Origin: Candidatus Roizmanbacteria bacterium RIFOXYC1_FULL_41_16
Lineage (GTDB): Bacteria; Patescibacteriota; Microgenomatia; UBA1406
Direction: 5' to 3'
Assembly: GCA_001788295.1 (NCBI GenBank)
Contig: MGBO01000021.1
Coordinates: 74,003 to 138,002 of the forward strand
DNA length: 64,000 bases
Shown in pieces: positions 60,024 to 64,000 of the stretch. A program made the position numbers and the translations under genes. Position 1 is the first letter of the stretch. Every line of letters begins with the position of its first letter. The notes below the pieces were generated by a model. It was not told where the DNA came from. It did no database searches and worked only from the letters and a program-made list of their open reading frames with translations.

Positions 60024-61408
60024 GCAAATACTTTGGGTTTAATCACAAACACTCCATCCTTATCCTCAACCAGATAGCCCTGGGCTTCAATTGTCTGCCG
60101 AATTAAGTCGGCTTGCTTATATTGTTTGTCCAGTCGTAATTGTTGCCTTTGTTTGGCCAAGTCAATAATTGATGCCGGAACTGTTACTTTCAGACTGTTT
60201 TTGATTTTCAGGCCCAGTACCTGATCAAAACTGAGTACGGTTGCCAAAATATCTTCGGCTTTGTTGGAAGAATTAACCGCTGTCCAAACCACGGCCAGCG
60301 CCTGAGGAATATTAAAGTCATCAGTAATTGCCTGTTCAAATTGCTTTTGATAGCTTTGGATTATTCTACCAGCCCGTAACACCCCCGGGGTGTACAGAAT
60401 GGAAAGCAGATTTTGGTGAGCTTCCCTAGCCGCACCAAGCGCCTCCCAAGTAAAATTCTGCTGTGACCTGTAATGAGCTTGCAAAAACAAATAGCGAAGA
60501 TCCAAAGCACTAAAGCCTTTATCCAAAATTTCCTGCAAAGAATAGCCAGTGCCTTCGGATTTGGCCATCTTGCGGTTGTTTACCAATAAATGCTCATTAT
60601 GCAGCCAGTAATTGACAAATTTAACGCCGTTGGCCGCTTCACTTTGGGCAATCTCATTGGTATGATGAACCGGAATATGTTCCACTCCGCCCATGTGCAA
60701 ATCCAGAGTATCACCCAAAAGCGCCTTGCTCATTACCGAACATTCCAAATGCCAACCCGGAAACCCCTCTCCCCAAGGACTTGGCCAGGTTTGTATAGCC
60801 TCAGCATGATCCCCTTTTTTAAAAAACCAAAGAGCAAAATCCTGTGCCTGACGCTTGTCTTTGTCAATCACCTGACCCTTACCTTCCCCAACTACCTGTG
60901 CCTCCAATTCTTGACCCGAAAGCTTGCTATAGCCGTCAAAACGGCTAATGTCATAATAAATCGCGAGTTCCGTTTGATAGGCATAGCCCTGACTAAGCAA
61001 TTTTTCAATCATTTCTTGCATTGGTTTAATATACTGCGTGGCTCTGGGTTTGTGAGTCGGCTTAAGCAGATTAAGGGCTTTGGTGTCTTTTTCAAACTGA
61101 GCAATATATTTATCGGCAATTGAGCTTGGCGACAAGCCCTCGCGCTTCGCCCCTTTTTCCATTTTGTCCTCACCCTCGTCGTTATCTGAAACCAAATGGC
61201 CAACATCGGTGTAATTGCGCACCTGAATGACTTTATATTGTAAATATTCAAATGTACGGCGAACCAGATCGCCCATGGTCATGCCCCGAAGATTGCCAAT
61301 ATGCTGAGTCCAATATACGGTCGGGCCACAGTGATAAAAAGTCACTTGCCCGTGTTTAAGCGGCTTAAATTCTTCAAGCTTACGAGTAAGCGTATTATAT
61401 ATTTGCAT
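60020..61408 (-). CDS. cysS: Cysteine--tRNA ligase
   Basis: CGPTVY, HIGN, DFALW, GFPGWHLECS, HHTNE, KMAKS. Confidence 0.97.
   Translation of the reverse strand: MQIYNTLTRKLEEFKPLKHGQVTFYHCGPTVYWTQHIGNLRGMTMGDLVRRTFEYLQYKVIQVRNYTDVGHLVSDNDEGEDKMEKGAKREGLSPSSIADKYIAQFEKDTKALNLLKPTHKPRATQYIKPMQEMIEKLLSQGYAYQTELAIYYDISRFDGYSKLSGQELEAQVVGEGKGQVIDKDKRQAQDFALWFFKKGDHAEAIQTWPSPWGEGFPGWHLECSVMSKALLGDTLDLHMGGVEHIPVHHTNEIAQSEAANGVKFVNYWLHNEHLLVNNRKMAKSEGTGYSLQEILDKGFSALDLRYLFLQAHYRSQQNFTWEALGAAREAHQNLLSILYTPGVLRAGRIIQSYQKQFEQAITDDFNIPQALAVVWTAVNSSNKAEDILATVLSFDQVLGLKIKNSLKVTVPASIIDLAKQRQQLRLDKQYKQADLIRQTIEAQGYLVEDKDGVFVIKPKVFA
60373..60394. repeat. Palindrome family B, copy 2 (in-frame in cysS, encodes YTPGVLR)
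   Basis: CCCGTAACACCCCCGGGGTGTA. Confidence 0.85.
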
Positions 61409-61427
61409 CGTTTTATTTTAACCTAAA

Positions 61428-61979
61428 TTATTGGCCCTTGCTCCCCCTAAATTCGGTCCGGTTGAGTTCTTGCGGTGTGGGCTGGCGTTTCCGCTTGGCC
61501 CCATGGCGCCAATCACCCCGGGCGCGGGCAGAACCAGTGGCTCCCAAAGCCGGAGCAGCTTGTCTCTGCTGCGATTGCTGCTGTTGTTTTTCCTGCCTTT
61601 CCTTCCAAGACTGATCATATATCGGCTTGGCCTGTTCTGACTGATCTTTTGACTGGCTAAATAATTGACTCAGCTTGGCTTGTACTTGCCTTAACTCTTG
61701 CTGATCGTTTTTTTCTAGTTGTTGTTTAGGATTAATTGAACTAAATTCGCCGATTTTGTTACTCACTGGCGGTTTGTCAGGGTCTTTATTCTTCAGCCAT
61801 TCGTCTGCCCAATCTTTGTCTGGAGTTTTACTCGGACTTTTTACTTCCGGCCGCATCCCTATTAATTCTTTACCGGTTTCTTTCAACTCTCTTACGGTTT
61901 CAATACCAATCTCACGAGCCAAATTTTTTAATTGATTTCTGACGGCCGAATCACTTTTTGGTTTTTTAAAAAAAGCCAT
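61428..61979 (-). CDS. Hypothetical protein, Q/K-rich and likely disordered
   Basis: 183-aa ORF in operon orientation. Confidence 0.6.
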   Translation of the reverse strand: MAFFKKPKSDSAVRNQLKNLAREIGIETVRELKETGKELIGMRPEVKSPSKTPDKDWADEWLKNKDPDKPPVSNKIGEFSSINPKQQLEKNDQQELRQVQAKLSQLFSQSKDQSEQAKPIYDQSWKERQEKQQQQSQQRQAAPALGATGSARARGDWRHGAKRKRQPTPQELNRTEFRGSKGQ

Positions 61980-61987
61980 GATTGTTT

Positions 61988-62290
61988 TTAAATTAAACCT
62001 AACTTAATTTTGGCATCCTGGCTCATTCTATCCATACTCCAAGCCGGCTTAAAAGTGAGGTCAATTTTGACATTATCGATTTGTTTGAGCTCGCTAACTT
62101 TATTTTCAATGCTTTTTTGAATGGTTCCAAACAGCGGACAGCCAATAGTAGTCAGAGTCATGGTAATTTTCGCCTGGCCGTCTTTGATTTTAACCTTGTA
62201 AATCAACCCCAAATCAACGATAGAGATATTCAATTCTGGATCAGGGATTTCCGCCAGTTTTTGCCAAACCTGTTTTTCCAACAATGTCAT
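61988..62290 (-). CDS. Metal-sulfur cluster assembly factor (DUF59/SufT/PaaD-like)
   Basis: DPEL..SIVDLGL, MTLT..GCP, PAW. Confidence 0.9.
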   Translation of the reverse strand: MTLLEKQVWQKLAEIPDPELNISIVDLGLIYKVKIKDGQAKITMTLTTIGCPLFGTIQKSIENKVSELKQIDNVKIDLTFKPAWSMDRMSQDAKIKLGLI

Positions 62291-62329
62291 ACCACTATTC
62301 TACTAAATAATTCAGGTATAATACCCATA

Positions 62330-63292
62330 ATGTTAATTGATAATGTCAAGGTAACGGTCGAGGGCGGTCGCGGCGGCAATGGCTGTGTCAGCTTTCACCG
62401 TGAGAAATTTGTACCCAAAGGCGGTCCGGATGGCGGCAATGGCGGCAATGGCGGCTCAGTTTATGTCATTGGCCAAAATAATATTTATCTGTTGAAAAAA
62501 TTCCGCGAGCAACCTCTGGTCAAAGCGGAAAGCGGCCAGCCCGGCGCTAAAAATAAAAAACATGGCGCCAACGCGCCGGACTTGATCATCAAAGTGCCTC
62601 TTGGCACTCGGATCACCAATCTCTGGGATAATAGTCAGGTGGAAATTCTGGACGAGTCCAGCCGGTTTTTGCTGGCCAAAGGCGGAAAAGGCGGCTTCGG
62701 CAATTGGGAATTTCGTTCCCCTACTAATCAAACACCACGCCAGTTCGAACCCGGCCGGCCCGGGCAAAACACCAAATATCTTTTTGAGTTACAGCTGATT
62801 GCGGACATTGGCTTGATTGGCTTACCCAACGCCGGCAAGTCCACTTTGCTGAACGCACTCACCCAAGCTCAGGCCAAAACGGCCGATTATCCTTTTACCA
62901 CACTCGAGCCCAATCTGGGAGCTTTTGATGATTACATTATTGCCGATATTCCCGGACTGATCGAAGGCGCTCATTTTGGCAAGGGTTTGGGTATCAGATT
63001 TCTCCGCCATGTGGAGCGAACCAAGCTGCTTGTTCATTGTCTGAGTTGTGAGTCAGAAAATTTGATCAAAGACTATCAGATTATTCGACAGGAATTAATC
63101 GCCTATAATCCCAAATTTGTTGATCGGCCGGAATTACTGATCCTTACCAAGGCTGATGTGCTGGATAAAAAAACTCAAACTAAATTAATAAATCAATTTA
63201 TAAAACAAAATCTCAAACCACTTTTTGTTTCGGTTCTGTTAGAAGAAAGTCTCGAGGAACTAAAAGCCGTGATGAAGAAAATGGTTGGCTAA
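62330..63292 (+). CDS. obg: GTPase Obg/CgtA
   Basis: GGRGGNG, FHREKFVPKGGPDGG, GLPNAGKST, YPFTTLEPNLG, DIPGLIEGA; start reset to ATG 62330. Confidence 0.95.
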   Translation: MLIDNVKVTVEGGRGGNGCVSFHREKFVPKGGPDGGNGGNGGSVYVIGQNNIYLLKKFREQPLVKAESGQPGAKNKKHGANAPDLIIKVPLGTRITNLWDNSQVEILDESSRFLLAKGGKGGFGNWEFRSPTNQTPRQFEPGRPGQNTKYLFELQLIADIGLIGLPNAGKSTLLNALTQAQAKTADYPFTTLEPNLGAFDDYIIADIPGLIEGAHFGKGLGIRFLRHVERTKLLVHCLSCESENLIKDYQIIRQELIAYNPKFVDRPELLILTKADVLDKKTQTKLINQFIKQNLKPLFVSVLLEESLEELKAVMKKMVG

Positions 63293-63296
63293 ATTG

Positions 63297-63367
63297 AGCG
63301 GGATACGGGAGTTGAACCCGTTTCTTCACCTTGGGAAGGTGACGTTAGGCCGCTTAACTAATCCCGC
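63297..63367 (-). tRNA. tRNA-Gly(CCC)
   Basis: GCGGGAT/ATCCCGC acceptor stem, TCACC-TTCCCAA-GGTGA anticodon arm, GGTTCAACTCC. Confidence 0.92.
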
Positions 63368-63500
63368 GATTAGATACTGTTAAATATGGTGTTTTTTTAT
63401 TCTATCAAACAATCTGTTAAACTGAGCAATAGTTAAATCAATACGAGCATATTAGAACAAATAGCGACCCGAATTTTCCAAATTACATTCGGAAAAAAAC

Positions 63501-63839
63501 TTATAATTCATCCTTAAAAAAATGTTCAACACTCTTTCTTAATTCTTTATTGGATGAAAAAATCTTGATCAAATCAGGCACCGCTCTAGCGTATCTTTGA
63601 AGAAGTTGTAAATGCTCATCTATTTTTCCTTGTAATTCCTCCTGGCTATAGCGATTATAGCCTTCGGCAATCCAAGATCGGTAGTTTCGTACTTCTCCAA
63701 TTAGGGAACCAACACTGTGTGCAATTCTATAGGAATAATCTGGATCTTTTGAAGTCATGGTGCCATTTTCGAGTTCCTCAACTGTGTGATAATGAAGAGG
63801 TAAGCCAGTTAGTATTTCACGCTCTTTTTCCACTACCAT
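63501..63839 (-). CDS. Hypothetical protein
   Basis: 112-aa ORF downstream of the trpS end; no motif recognised. Confidence 0.5.
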   Translation of the reverse strand: MVVEKEREILTGLPLHYHTVEELENGTMTSKDPDYSYRIAHSVGSLIGEVRNYRSWIAEGYNRYSQEELQGKIDEHLQLLQRYARAVPDLIKIFSSNKELRKSVEHFFKDEL

Positions 63840-63856
63840 AATGTGGTACTAAATTA

Positions 63857-64000
63857 CTAGATGACGAGGCCAATCTTTTCTTTCACCTCACTAACCTTTT
63901 TTCCTACTACCGGCCTAATTTGCTCCGCCTGCGCTTTCATTAGTTTCTTAAGTTCGGCCTTATCATTAACAAAAGTCTGATAGCGCTTTTGTATCGGTTT
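63857..64000 (-). CDS. trpS: C-terminus of probable tryptophan--tRNA ligase (partial)
   Basis: Manual translation KPIQKRYQTFVNDKAELKKLMKAQAEQIRPVVGKKVSEVKEKIGLVI* resembles TrpRS C-terminal helices. Confidence 0.6.
   Translation of the reverse strand, partial: KPIQKRYQTFVNDKAELKKLMKAQAEQIRPVVGKKVSEVKEKIGLVI

Overview
64-kb chromosomal window of a small-genome bacterium, most likely Patescibacteria/CPR (Microgenomates-like; inferred from gene content, near-absence of Shine-Dalgarno sites, a domain-1-less RF1 and a stand-alone 5S rRNA). It uses the standard genetic code, is densely coding and has most genes on the minus strand. The left part holds tdh-kbl threonine catabolism, a surface-glycan cluster (CysD-like protein, two tandem AlkP/NPP-family paralogs, GT4, galE, gmd, GT-C membrane proteins), an attenuator-preceded GNAT + M20 peptidase pair, GH57 and FBP aldolase/phosphatase. 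The middle and right parts hold housekeeping genes (ychF, queA, xer, corA, yebC, dnaB, tgt, rnj, prfA, rpmE, htrA, ctpA, radA, rpsR-ssb-rpsF, cysS, obg, trpS end), 3 tRNAs and a 5S rRNA. Most notable: (1) a C39 peptidase plus three ATP-grasp ligases (40.0-44.3 kb); (2) a boxA-led, highly structured transcription unit closed by a perfect 14-bp terminal stem around a 76-aa membrane protein (55.66-56.30 kb); (3) a four-segment leader-peptide attenuator (15.4-15.5 kb); (4) three families of short palindromes, with several copies in-frame inside proteins; (5) a dif-like site near xer. All protein calls are from motif recognition by eye, with no database searches.
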